In this document: positions 1 through 9,600 of the stretch, one piece after another
Numbering within the stretch: the first letter of the stretch is position 1
How the letters are laid out: each line of letters opens with the position of its first letter
From: an uncultured Gemmatimonadales bacterium
GTDB taxonomy: Bacteria; Gemmatimonadota; Gemmatimonadetes; Gemmatimonadales; GWC2-71-9
Reading direction: 5' to 3'
Assembly (NCBI GenBank): GCA_963748815.1
Contig: CAVVKJ010000013.1
Coordinates: forward strand, 1-21,244
Length of the DNA stretch: 21,244 bases
The notes under the pieces: generated by a model
Database searches by the model: none
Told to the model about the DNA's origin: nothing
The model's input: only the letters and a program-made list of their open reading frames with translations
Translations under genes and position numbers: made by a program

Positions 1-405
1 GGCCGCGATGATTCCGATTCGGGCGGGGCCGCTCGAGAGGGCCGGCGCAAACCACCCCAGATAGTCCACGAAGAGGTTGGTGACCGCGGCGAACCCGCCG
101 AGTTGGGTGACCCACATCAGCCACCCGACCTCGAATCCGACGGCGGGGCCGAACGTCTCGTATGCGTAGAGATACGGTCCACCGGTGTCCCCGAAGGCGC
201 TGCCGACTTCGGCAAAGCAAAGGGTAATCCCGAGCACCACGAGCCCGGCGAGGACGATGGCCCAGATGCTCCAGGGACCGACGGCGAGGAAGAGGACGGC
301 GGGGATGCCGAAGATGCCGCCGCCGATGACGCGGTTGACGGCGAACGCGGTCAGGTCGCGCCGACCGAGGGCGCGGACCAGCGTGGGGGTGGAGGGGGAA
401 GCCAC
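1..405 (-). CDS. APC-family amino acid permease, N-terminal part (runs off the window edge)
   Basis: Not in the ORF track. Manual translation from GTG at 405, with GAGG just upstream: MASPSTPTLVRALGRRDLTAFAVNRVIGGGIFGIP...CFAEVGSAFGDTGGPYLYAYETFGPAVGFEVGWLMWV. This has the APC IG(S/G)GIF and AE...GG.Y.Y...FG...GW motifs and stays open to position 1. Confidence 0.9.
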   Translation of the reverse strand, partial: MASPSTPTLVRALGRRDLTAFAVNRVIGGGIFGIPAVLFLAVGPWSIWAIVLAGLVVLGITLCFAEVGSAFGDTGGPYLYAYETFGPAVGFEVGWLMWVTQLGGFAAVTNLFVDYLGWFAPALSSGPARIGIIAA

Positions 406-441
406 GCCTCAATGTAGCGACGGGCGGGGCGACCGGGAGAG

Positions 442-891
442 TCAGGCCAGCTGCTGGTTGGTCAGGACCGTGATCGCGAGGAGGTCGGTGCGAGGCACCA
501 CGGTCGAAAGGACCGGCGCGGTCAGTCCGGCGCCGTCAGATCGGCGAAAGGTGATTTCGCGGTCGATGGCCGAGGGGAGTCCGTTGGCGTGGGCGGCAGT
601 GCCGAGGACGAGCCCCAGCTCACCGCCCAGGCGGATCAGTTCACCGGCGGAGCCGTAGCCGAGCAGTTCGACGAACGCGCGGTTCGCGAGGAGCGGCAGG
701 GCGTTGCTGTCGAGGAGGCAGAGCGGATGGGGAGCCTGGTCGAGCAGGGCGCGGAGCAGCTCGCGGTCGTGCCGCAGGGTGTCCTCCACCCGGCGACGCT
801 CGGCGGCGGCCTGTTTGAGGTCGGCCACCTGCTTGCGGAGGTCGGTGTTCTCGTTGATGAGTTCCTGCTTGCCTCGGTGCTGATCCCGCAT
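442..891 (-). CDS. Stand-alone PAS-domain protein with an N-terminal coiled coil
   Basis: MRDQHRGKQELINENTDLRKQVADL is a coiled-coil leader typical of PAS sensor proteins. It is followed by ERRRVEDTLR...LLDQAPHPLCLLD...ANRAFVELLGY (PAS S1 box). GGGAG lies upstream of the ATG. Confidence 0.75.
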   Translation of the reverse strand: MRDQHRGKQELINENTDLRKQVADLKQAAAERRRVEDTLRHDRELLRALLDQAPHPLCLLDSNALPLLANRAFVELLGYGSAGELIRLGGELGLVLGTAAHANGLPSAIDREITFRRSDGAGLTAPVLSTVVPRTDLLAITVLTNQQLA

Positions 892-973
892 GCGCGGCTC
901 CCGCTCGCAGTGGATGGTCTATCCATCGTGACGAGCGGGGGGGAGGGAATCGCACAGTCGCGTTCTGAAACGC

Positions 974-3232
974 CTAGGTGAGTTTCAATTTCTGGAGTAA
1001 TGCGGTGAATCGCGGATGCCCGCGCAGCGGTTCGAACAGAAACGACGCCTTGAGCCCGTAGAGCCCGCCGGATCCCTCGGCCAGTGCCTGCTCGAGGCAG
1101 TCGATGGCCTCGTCGTACTCGCCCAGGCCGGTATGGACGTAGGCGCGGTAGTAGGGCGTCACGTATTCGTCCTTCGCCCGTTCCGCCAGTCGCCGGAGGA
1201 CGTCCCGCGCCTTTTCGCTCTGGCCGGAGAGGGCGTACGCCTCGCCGAGTTGCCCGAGAAACATCGCGTCGTGCTGGGTCAGCTCCGCGCCCCGTTCGAG
1301 CTCCGCCAACCCCTCGTCCGTCCTGCCGACCTTCAGGAACGCCCAGCCGAGCGTGGCCCGGGCACGTCCATACTCCGGGTCCAGTTCGACCGCGTGCCCG
1401 GCGGCCACGACCGCCTCCTGGTAGCGGCCCGCCCGGAGAAGCGCCGATGCGAGGTCGGTCCGGTGCGAGAGCGGATCGAGCTCCTGCGCGCGGGCCTCCA
1501 TCCGGATCGCCTCGTCGTGGCGCTCCTGCGAGGCGAGCAGCCGGCCATAGAGATCGTGCGCATCCGCGCTTCCCGGGGACAGTTCGAGGGCGCGCTTGAA
1601 CTCCGCCTCCGCTCCCGCCCAGTCGAAGTCGTGAACGTACTTGAGAAAGCCGAGCATGCAGTGCGCCTCCCCAAGCGTGCTGTCGAGCGCCAGCGCCCGC
1701 GCCACCGAGTCGCTGGCGAGGGCGTAGGCCTCCCGCGGATGCATCAGCCCCACGCCGGAGGCGAGGGCGACCTCGAGATAGGCCTGCGCCAGGTCGGCAT
1801 GGGCGAGGGCAAATTGCGGGTCCCGCGCGATGGCACGGCTGAAGTAGTCGATCGCCTGACGCAATCCCTCCGCGGTGTGGCGAACGAACCAGTGGCGGCC
1901 CTGCAGGTAGAGCTGATAGGCCTGGAGATCCCGGGTGGGCTCCCGACGAATGCGGGACTGTTCGTCCGGGGAGAGCTCGGCCCGAAGCGCGGTCGCGATC
2001 TGGAGCGCCACGTCCGACTGAATGGCAAAGATGTCAGTCAACTGGCGGTCGTACGTTTCGGCCCACAGGTGCCGGTCGGTCTCCGCATCGATGAGCTGGG
2101 CCACGATCCGCACTCGGTCTCCCTCGCGGCGCACACTCCCGTCCAGGAGCGCCGACGCCGACAGCCGGGCGGCAATGTCCCGCATGCTCTGTTCGCGCCG
2201 CTTGAACATCATCACGGAGGTGCGCGAGATGACCGTGAGGGACTGAATCTTGGAGAGCTGGGCGATCACGTCCTCGGTGATCCCGTCCGCGAAATACTCA
2301 TTGTCCGGATTCGCGCTCAGGTTGAGGAACGGAAGCACCGCGACCGACTTGGCCACCGGGCGGACCGTGGCTGGACGCGACAGGGCAAGGGCGAACTCCT
2401 CGGCCGTCGCGAACCGGTCGGCAGGCACCTTCGCGAGCGCCGTCCGGATGGCCTCCTCCACCCCCTCCGGCACGGTGTCCCGCACTGTGCGAAGCCGCGG
2501 CACGGTCTCGATCGCCTTGCGGGCGTGGATCGCCTGCGCCGTGGCGCCGGTGTAGGGCGGGGTCCCCGCCAGCATTTCATAGAGCACACACGCCAGCGAG
2601 TAGAGGTCGCTCCTGGGATCCGCCGTCTCACCGACCGACTGCTCCGGGCTCATGTAGGTGGGGGTGCCGACGGCAAAGCCGGGGTCGGTGAGCCTCCCCG
2701 AGGCAGCGGCACTCAGGGCGGAGGCGATGCCGAAGTCGGTGACGACGGGATGGCCCGCCTGGAGGAGAATGTTCTCGGGCTTGATGTCCCGGTGCACGAT
2801 GCCCAGCCGGTGGGCATAGGCGAGCGCGTCCGCCACGGCCCGGGTGATGCGGAGCGCATCCTCGAGTGGCAGCTGTTTCTCGCGCGTCAGCCGATCGCGC
2901 AGGGACTCGCCCTCCACGAAGGGCATGACAAAGAACAGCAACGCCGGCAGGTCGGGGCCGCGAGGCCCCGCCTCCCCTGAGTCGTGGAGCGGCAGGATGT
3001 GCGGGTGGTTGAGCCCCGCGGCAATTTCAATTTCCCGGAGAAAGCGGGCCGAGCCGAGGGAACGGGCCAACTCCGGCCGGAGCACCTTGATGGCGACTCG
3101 TCGCCGGTGCTTGAGGTCCTCGGCAAGGAAGACGACCGCCATCCCTCCGTGCCCAAGTTCACGCTCGATCCGGTACCGTCCAGCGAGGGCGGTCCGCAGT
3201 TGTTCCAGCTCCGCAGGCGACATGGAGGCCAT
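974..3232 (-). CDS. Hanks-type Ser/Thr protein kinase with TolB-like and TPR domains
   Basis: Kinase motifs LGHGGMAVV, VAIK, HRDIKPEN, DFG and GTPTYMSPEQ are intact. These are followed by SVAVLPFLNLS...YFADGITEDVI (TolB-like) and TPR helices. The true start is 3232 (MASMSPAE) or 3223; the ORF-track extension to 3859 overlaps another gene. Confidence 0.93.
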   Translation of the reverse strand: MASMSPAELEQLRTALAGRYRIERELGHGGMAVVFLAEDLKHRRRVAIKVLRPELARSLGSARFLREIEIAAGLNHPHILPLHDSGEAGPRGPDLPALLFFVMPFVEGESLRDRLTREKQLPLEDALRITRAVADALAYAHRLGIVHRDIKPENILLQAGHPVVTDFGIASALSAAASGRLTDPGFAVGTPTYMSPEQSVGETADPRSDLYSLACVLYEMLAGTPPYTGATAQAIHARKAIETVPRLRTVRDTVPEGVEEAIRTALAKVPADRFATAEEFALALSRPATVRPVAKSVAVLPFLNLSANPDNEYFADGITEDVIAQLSKIQSLTVISRTSVMMFKRREQSMRDIAARLSASALLDGSVRREGDRVRIVAQLIDAETDRHLWAETYDRQLTDIFAIQSDVALQIATALRAELSPDEQSRIRREPTRDLQAYQLYLQGRHWFVRHTAEGLRQAIDYFSRAIARDPQFALAHADLAQAYLEVALASGVGLMHPREAYALASDSVARALALDSTLGEAHCMLGFLKYVHDFDWAGAEAEFKRALELSPGSADAHDLYGRLLASQERHDEAIRMEARAQELDPLSHRTDLASALLRAGRYQEAVVAAGHAVELDPEYGRARATLGWAFLKVGRTDEGLAELERGAELTQHDAMFLGQLGEAYALSGQSEKARDVLRRLAERAKDEYVTPYYRAYVHTGLGEYDEAIDCLEQALAEGSGGLYGLKASFLFEPLRGHPRFTALLQKLKLT

Positions 3233-3270
3233 ACCGAAGCATACTGCCGCGAACGCGGCTGTCGAGAGGC

Positions 3271-3813
3271 CTAGTTGGTCGGGCCGGTCATTCGGGCGAA
3301 CCGCTGGTGGTTCCCCGGCAGCCACGTCTGCCCGCCGTCGGTCGTGTACTCCATTTTCGACTCGAAGGCGTCGGCCGATACGTTGTACCGGGTGAAGCGA
3401 AGCTGGCCGGCCCCACCCTCCGCCGTCTTGAATTCCGGCGTGGTGCGAACCTCCCCGCCAAGCGGGCCGATCATCTCCCACAGCCGTCCGTCGGCGCCGA
3501 CCGACACCATCTCGATCAGCGACTGCTTCTCGTTGACGAAGAAGAGGATCCCGGCGGTTTGCTTCAGTTCGGGAATCTCGCTCTTGCCCGAGACGACGCG
3601 ATCGGGAACGACCCACTCGAATTCGTAGGTGCCCTCGACGGCCCGCGCGACGGCGCCATCCTCCTGGAGAAATTCGGTCGTGACCGCCCACCGGCCGACG
3701 GTGCTCCGCAGTTGTTCGACCGAGTGCTCCAGGGGGGTGGTTCCGGCTGAAGCCTGGGCCGAGGCGAGGGAGACCGGGCCGAGCAGGACCGCGGCGAGGA
3801 CGAGGGGGCGCAT
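3271..3813 (-). CDS. Secreted protein, DUF1579-like beta-barrel (tentative)
   Basis: Signal peptide MRPLVLAAVLLGPVSLASA. The VGRW...F and S.MEYTTDGGQTW patterns resemble DUF1579-like proteins. The ATG overlaps the upstream stop (TGATG). Confidence 0.7.
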   Translation of the reverse strand: MRPLVLAAVLLGPVSLASAQASAGTTPLEHSVEQLRSTVGRWAVTTEFLQEDGAVARAVEGTYEFEWVVPDRVVSGKSEIPELKQTAGILFFVNEKQSLIEMVSVGADGRLWEMIGPLGGEVRTTPEFKTAEGGAGQLRFTRYNVSADAFESKMEYTTDGGQTWLPGNHQRFARMTGPTN

Positions 3814-4079
3814 CAGGCGGTCTCCGGGCAAGGGGAGAAGGAGCGGGCCTCCGCGGCAATCAGCGTGCTGGCGATCAGGTCGTAGAGCAGGTGCACCACC
3901 ATCGCGAGCGCCAGTGTCCCGGTGAGGGCCACCAGGCCCTGCATCACGAGGCCGAAGCGGAAGACCCATCGGGCGCTCCGCCATCCCTGCGCCGCGTGGG
4001 CGAGGGCGCGCAGGGCATCGACGCGGACCAGCGCATCCGAGACCGCCTCGCGTCGGGCGGGGAGCATCTCAGCCGACAT
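3813..4079 (-). pseudogene. Truncated CPBP (CAAX/Abi) intramembrane protease-like ORF, 88 aa
   Basis: ALAHAAQGW...TGTLALAMVVHLLYD matches the two C-terminal His motifs of CPBP proteins, but the catalytic EExxxR motif is missing. The ORF overlaps both neighbouring genes. Confidence 0.5.
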
Positions 4080-4659
4080 GCTCCGGAGAGCTCTCCATGG
4101 TCTTGCGCACCAGGTCGATTTGCACGGCGTACGCCATCGTCGCGGCCAGGACGCCGTAGGCGCCCACCTCCCACTCGGGAAAGAACCCGGCGAGCACCAG
4201 CAGCGCGTTCGCGATGTAGACCGTCTGCAGGGTCAGGATGGGACCGAACGGGGTCCCCCGCCCCGCCGTGCAGCTCCGGAGATAGATCCACGCGCCGAAG
4301 CCCAGCACGAGCAGGGGCGCGATCAGGCTGATCCACTCGGTGAGCCGGGGCGGCAGCCCCCTGACGGCCAGGTAGTCCAGGAGCAGCACCGCCAGCCCCG
4401 CCCCGGCCAGGAGGTGACAGGCGAATCGCTCGGGCGGGGAGAGTCTTCCGGTCCCGAGCCACCGAATGGAGGCGAGCAGGATGAAGGGCGCCAGAAAGGC
4501 GGGGAAGGCGAGCCGCCACAGGTCCCCGTCGAGCAGGGCCTCGAGCGGCGTGGTACCCCAGGAAAAGGGGAGGAAGAGGGCGACAAGTCCCAGGCTGCCG
4601 AGGGCGGTCAGGGCGATGTGCGCCGAACGGCGGTGCGGATGATCCTGGGCAATGGCCAT
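4069..4659 (-). CDS. Hypothetical integral membrane protein (about 6 TM)
   Basis: 196 aa with several hydrophobic segments, GGAG upstream, co-oriented with its neighbours. Confidence 0.75.
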   Translation of the reverse strand: MAIAQDHPHRRSAHIALTALGSLGLVALFLPFSWGTTPLEALLDGDLWRLAFPAFLAPFILLASIRWLGTGRLSPPERFACHLLAGAGLAVLLLDYLAVRGLPPRLTEWISLIAPLLVLGFGAWIYLRSCTAGRGTPFGPILTLQTVYIANALLVLAGFFPEWEVGAYGVLAATMAYAVQIDLVRKTMESSPEHVG

Positions 4660-4689
4660 GGCATCTTCGCTCCGGTTGGAGTCGCCAAC

Positions 4690-5919
4690 CTACCGCTCGA
4701 CCACCTTGCCGTTCTTCATGACGAAGCTCACCTGCTTCAGCGTCTCGATATTGGTGAGCGGATTGTCCGGCGTGGCAATCAGGTCGGCGTATTGCCCGAC
4801 CTTCAGTGTCCCCCGGACATCATCCACCCCGAGGAGGCGCGTGGCGTTCGTCGTCATCGCCTTCAGGATGGCAGGGGCCGGGATGCCGGCCTCCACCCAC
4901 GGGTCGATTCCCGTCATCGCGTCCTGGCCCCGCGTCACCCCGGGCTTGAAGTCGATGGCGTCGGTCCCGTACACCAGCGTGACCCCTGCCTTGTAGGCGC
5001 GCGCGAGGCGGTCCACCCACTGGCGGTGATAGGCCGTGGTGTCGCCGTTGGCGAGGTACTCGGTGCCGACGAGCGCCACGCCGTTCTTCTTGGCCAGCAG
5101 GAGGTCGGCGTCGGTCATGTCGAACCCGTGCTCGATCGAGGCGACGCCGGCCGCCGCCGCATTGTGCGCCCCCGGCTCGGTCCAGGCGTGCGCCGCCAGT
5201 TTCATTCCTGCCCCGGCCGCCTGGGCCTTGAGGAACTCGATGTCCTCGGTTGAATAGATGTAGCGCTGGTCGTCGACCACGATCTTGATGACCGTGGCGC
5301 CGTAGTGGGCGTTCTCACGGACCGCCTTCACCATTTCGTCCCGCGTGTCGGCGAAGTAGTACTCCGGCTCCGCCAGCCCGGGCTTGTCCGGCTGCAGGTG
5401 AAATTGCCCGCCGTACGGCGCGATGATCCGCCCCGCAGTGATCATCGTCGGCCCCTCGACCATCCCCATCTGGACCGCGCGCCGCACCTGGACGCAGGCG
5501 TACCGCCCCTCGTTGCCGATGTCGCGCACGGCGGTGAACCCCGCCTGGAGCATGCTGCGGGCGTTCACCACACCCTGGATCGAGCGGAATGCGTCCGGAT
5601 CGCGCAGCGTCGTGTAGTAGTAGCTCCCCGCGTCGCGCTGCGGCTGGACCACCATGCACAGGTGCGTATGCGCGTCCACCAGGCCGGGGGAGACGGTGGA
5701 GCTCGAGAGATCGATGACGTTCGCGCCCTCCGGGATCGCTACGTTGCCACCGATGGCGGTGATCTTCCCCTTCTCGACGAGAATGACCTGGTTGGCCGCC
5801 GCCGTGCCGGCGTCTGGATCGACCACCCGGCCGGCGCGGATGGCGGTCACCTGGGCTGACGCCACGCTGGCGCACAGGGCCAGGATACCGGCGCAGGTCA
5901 CCATGACACGAGGGCGCAT
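4690..5919 (-). CDS. Secreted metal-dependent amidohydrolase (Xaa-Pro dipeptidase-like subfamily)
   Basis: Metal-ligand motifs PGLVDAHTH, AAHA, SIEHG and YGTD, plus G.LKVGQYADLIA. Start is ATG 5919 after AGGAG, with a signal peptide ending ASA-Q. Confidence 0.92.
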   Translation of the reverse strand: MRPRVMVTCAGILALCASVASAQVTAIRAGRVVDPDAGTAAANQVILVEKGKITAIGGNVAIPEGANVIDLSSSTVSPGLVDAHTHLCMVVQPQRDAGSYYYTTLRDPDAFRSIQGVVNARSMLQAGFTAVRDIGNEGRYACVQVRRAVQMGMVEGPTMITAGRIIAPYGGQFHLQPDKPGLAEPEYYFADTRDEMVKAVRENAHYGATVIKIVVDDQRYIYSTEDIEFLKAQAAGAGMKLAAHAWTEPGAHNAAAAGVASIEHGFDMTDADLLLAKKNGVALVGTEYLANGDTTAYHRQWVDRLARAYKAGVTLVYGTDAIDFKPGVTRGQDAMTGIDPWVEAGIPAPAILKAMTTNATRLLGVDDVRGTLKVGQYADLIATPDNPLTNIETLKQVSFVMKNGKVVER

Positions 5920-6030
5920 AGCATCTCCTAAGAGTATGGGACGGGCGCCACGGGACGGACCCACGGGAAGCCTAAACCAGAATCCGGCACCGCGCGAATG
6001 CGCGCCCTCCCGAACCGCACCGGAACGGCA

Positions 6031-6061
6031 CAACAAAGGGCCGGCAAACTCTGCCGGCCCT
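6031..6061 (-). terminator. Probable intrinsic terminator downstream of the lipoprotein gene
   Basis: Perfect 10-bp stem AGGGCCGGCA/TGCCGGCCCT (6037-6061) with a 5-nt loop, followed by TTGTTG on the minus strand, 25 nt after the stop at 6087. Confidence 0.75.
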
Positions 6062-6086
6062 CGTCGCGTGCGGGACTCCCGGTGCC

Positions 6087-6545
6087 TCAGGGCGTGCGGG
6101 TGGCCGTCCAGGTGCCGCTCTGCGTCACGCTGTCGGAGCCGGCCATCATCCACACCACCGTGCCGTTCCAGGTGTTGCCGGTCGCACGTCCGACGGCCTT
6201 CCACATCATTTGCGGGGCATCCGCCGCCGCGCCAATCGGCGTGAAGGGACCGCCGACCCAGGTGACGCTGTCACCCGAGATCTCGCCCACCATGGGGACA
6301 GCCATATCGGGCGCGGCCTGCTGGACGAGTTCCCCGACCAGGGCACCCTCGGCATTGGTCATCGCCATCGAGGTCCAGTAGGTGAGCGTGTCGGTGCCTT
6401 CCGCCATCGTCTGGCCAGTATAGTTGCCCACCACGTCGGCGGCGGTCAGGGCAGCCGGAACCGTCATGGCGGCGGTGTCCGCCGGGGGCGCCTTCTCGCC
6501 GGCGCAGGCCCAGAGGACCAGGGGAAGGAGCAGGAGCTTGCGCAT
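6087..6545 (-). CDS. Hypothetical lipoprotein
   Basis: MRKLLLLPLVLWAC lipobox-type signal, Ala/Pro-rich linker and beta-rich domain. GAGG RBS. Confidence 0.8.
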   Translation of the reverse strand: MRKLLLLPLVLWACAGEKAPPADTAAMTVPAALTAADVVGNYTGQTMAEGTDTLTYWTSMAMTNAEGALVGELVQQAAPDMAVPMVGEISGDSVTWVGGPFTPIGAAADAPQMMWKAVGRATGNTWNGTVVWMMAGSDSVTQSGTWTATRTP

Positions 6546-6640
6546 GAGGCCTCACAGGCACGGGGTGGGAGGGCGGCGAAAGTTAGAGTGACAATACACC
6601 TTCTGCGGGGAAGCACAAGTTCTTGCCCAGCTCCTCGCAG

Positions 6641-9600
6641 TCAGGCCTCTGGGGCGGGCCCCCGGAAACGGCGATGGATCAGCGCCACCGCGAGCACGCC
6701 GATCACCACGAACAGCCAGTTGACCCACGCCTCGAAGCCCCGTCTCGGCGCCGACGCCTGCCAGGCGTGGAGCACCGCCGCATCGCCGGCTGTGGCGAGA
6801 TCCGCTTCGGTGAAACCCCGCGGCCGTTCCGTCGATGCTCCGCTCCGGTAGCGCACATCCGCGAGGAGGAGGTCCTCGAGCCGCTCGTCGAGCTCGGCGT
6901 CGTAGGGCTTCCCCGACCCCAACCGTTCCGGCCAGAGCCGCGCCGCCGCGATGAGCGCCGTGGCCGAATCCCAACGCTCTTCCCGGATCGCCTGCACTGC
7001 CAGCATCAGCTTCGCCTGCCGGTAGAGCACCCGCCCGTCGTGGCGCCCCTCGTACGGCAGCACGTCGAGGGTGGCGAGCGCGGAGTCGGCCGCCGCGTAG
7101 TCACCGTTCGCGACGAGCGCCGTCGCCAGCGTGAGGCCGAGGATGTAGTTGTCGGGAAATCGGGTGGCATAGCGCCGCGCCACGGCGGCGGCGCTGGCAG
7201 AGTCGCCCGTTGCCAGGAGTCGTTCGCTCAACAAGCGTCCGTAGCGCCACTCCGCGGAGTCGAGCGCCGCCGCATGCTCGAGATCACTCCGCGCAAGGGC
7301 GGCCGGGCGCCCCGGGAAGGTGGCGCGAGCCGCATAGAAGGGCGCGTAGTCTGGGGTGTCGCCGAGCAGGGTGAGGAGGGAATCGGCCGCGTCTAGCCGC
7401 CCACTCCCCCAGTACGCCAGCGCCAGGTAATACCGCGATTTCCAATCGGGGGTCTGCGCCGCCGCCCACTGGAGCGACGGCATTGTCTCGGGGCGAAAGG
7501 GAAATGCAAAGCGCGGCGACTGGGCATTCGCCTTCCGGAGCAGCTCCTCGCCGGCCGACGTGCCCTCGAGCAGGTATGCTCGCCAATACAGCGCCTCGGG
7601 CACCTCACCCGCGGCCGCCAGCACCTGGGTGGCCACGGTCGTGTCGCCCACGTCGACATACCAGGCGGCGAGCTCGAGGAGCACCTGGTCCGGGAGTTCG
7701 CTCCGAATGCCGGCGGCGAGCGTGGCCGGCAACGCCGGGTCCCCCTGGGCCAGCAGCCGCTCCAGCCGTGCCTGGTGGCTGAGCGGATCGGCGGCTGCCA
7801 GGCGCGAGCGCCACGCGTCGGCCGCCCGCCGGTCACCTTTCCGCCTCGCGGCGACGACGTGGACGCCGAGGGCGTCCAGGTTGTCCGACTCGACCATCAG
7901 CGCCTTGTCGGCATAGGATGCGGCTGCCTCGGCGTCACCGGCGGCCAGCGACAGCCGGGCGAGTTCCGTCCATGCGGCGCCGCGATACGCTGGTGACAGC
8001 GTCGCGATCTCGAAGCCGTCCTTCGCGTCGGCCAGCTTCCCGAGCCGGCGGTTGGCGAGGCCGTAGTAGTAATTCGCGGCGCCGTCGTAGGTGTCGACCT
8101 GGAGGGCGGTCGTCGTGAACCCGAGGGCCGCCTCGTAGTCGGTGCTCCTGATCGCGAGCATCCCCCGGTCGGCGAGCGCCGGCACGAAGTAGGGGTCGCG
8201 CGCGAGCGCGCTGTCCAGGTACGCGGCGGCCGGCCCGTACTCCCGCTGCCGCAGCCACTCCTTGCCCCGCAGGTAGAGGCCGTACGCCGACTGCCAGTCG
8301 AAGTCCGCCGGGGCGTCGAGGGGCCGCGCGAGGTCGCCCGCGCGCGGATCGAGCCGGTAGGCGAGCCGATGGCCGCCCACGGTCACGCGCAGGCTGTCCC
8401 GAATCGCCCCGCCGACCGACACGGTGTCCACGAACAACTCACGCGGCGGGCGCCTTACGAACCGGGTGTACAGCCGGCGACTCCCTGCGTACACGACGAC
8501 GGTGTCCGCAAGCGGCTCGGCGGGAGAAAGCGCAATCACCAGCCGGTCTTCGAGCACCGTCACGTTCAGGGCGCCGAGCCGGCTCGCCGCGACGATGCCG
8601 CCGATGGCCCCGACGGGGTACCAGTATTCCGTCCACCGGTCGGCGACATGCGGCGTGAACCCGAAGTGCTTGAACGGGGTGAAGGTGCTCTGTTCCGCCG
8701 TCTGGTTGAAGAGCCGGCCCGACTGTACCTCGGCGTACTGCCCGTCGGTGTCGGTCAGCAGCTGCTCCCAGATCATTCCCTGCCGGGAGAGGCCCCAGAT
8801 CCAGATCTTCTTGCCGGCCTTCTCGTCGCGCGGCGCGTAGCGGACCATCCCGACGTCGTCGTCGTGCCAGTATGCCCCGAAGAAATCGGTCTCCCTCCCA
8901 AAGACGTGGTACGACTTGTATCCGCCGAAGTCGTTGTTCTCGTACCAGCTGAGGTCGCGGCCCGTGGTGTCGACGGGCCAGGGAGCGTGCTCTCCGGCGT
9001 GGCCCAGCCGGCCGGTGCCCGGGTAGGCGAACTGGAGATTGCCGCGCACCGGAATCCCGACGTTCATCCAGGAGTAGTAGGGCTGCTCCAGGTCCGAGGC
9101 GTTGTACCAGAAGGAGGTGGTGCTGAACGCCGCGTCGGCAGCGCCGAGCCGGATCTCGAGGCGCCACGGGGTGCGGGTGAGGAGATCGAGCGCACCGATG
9201 AAGCAGCTCACACTGCCGTCGAGGTTGGTGCGGGTGACGTAATCGACCGGCGTCGCGACATTCGGCGTGTGGCCGATGATCCCGTAATTGGCCTCGATGC
9301 CGCCGCTGGTCCACGGGCCGCGCATGGCGATGTCGCGGAACTTCACCACCTGGTTGAAGTAGATGAACGACCGGCCGGTCCGCTTGTCCACCGCATTCCA
9401 GATCTTGCCGCCGATCTCCGGCAGGATCCACACCTTGAGGTAGGCGTTCTCGAGCTCGACCACCTTCCACGCGCGCGGCTCAGCGACGTCGGTAAAGCCG
9501 TCGAAACGGAAATACGGGTAGATCCGGCCGACCACCGGGATCGGGTTCGGGTCGCTGAACGGGTAAGTGGGGAATACCCGGGTGAATTCCCGGACGGTGG

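Noticed and set aside
103..417. Acidic 104-aa plus-strand ORF
   Set aside because: It is antisense to the APC permease, which has clear family motifs.
1016..2980. 654-aa plus-strand ORF, and similar long antisense ORFs (3922..5253, 8369..9712, 14856..16457, 18907..20796)
   Set aside because: These are shadow ORFs opposite well-supported genes, expected in high-GC DNA, with no recognisable motifs.
3233..3859. N-terminal 200-aa extension of the kinase in the ORF track (974..3859)
   Set aside because: It is an Arg/Gly/Pro-rich alternate-frame read-through of the 3271..3813 gene. Kinase-like sequence begins at 3232/3223.
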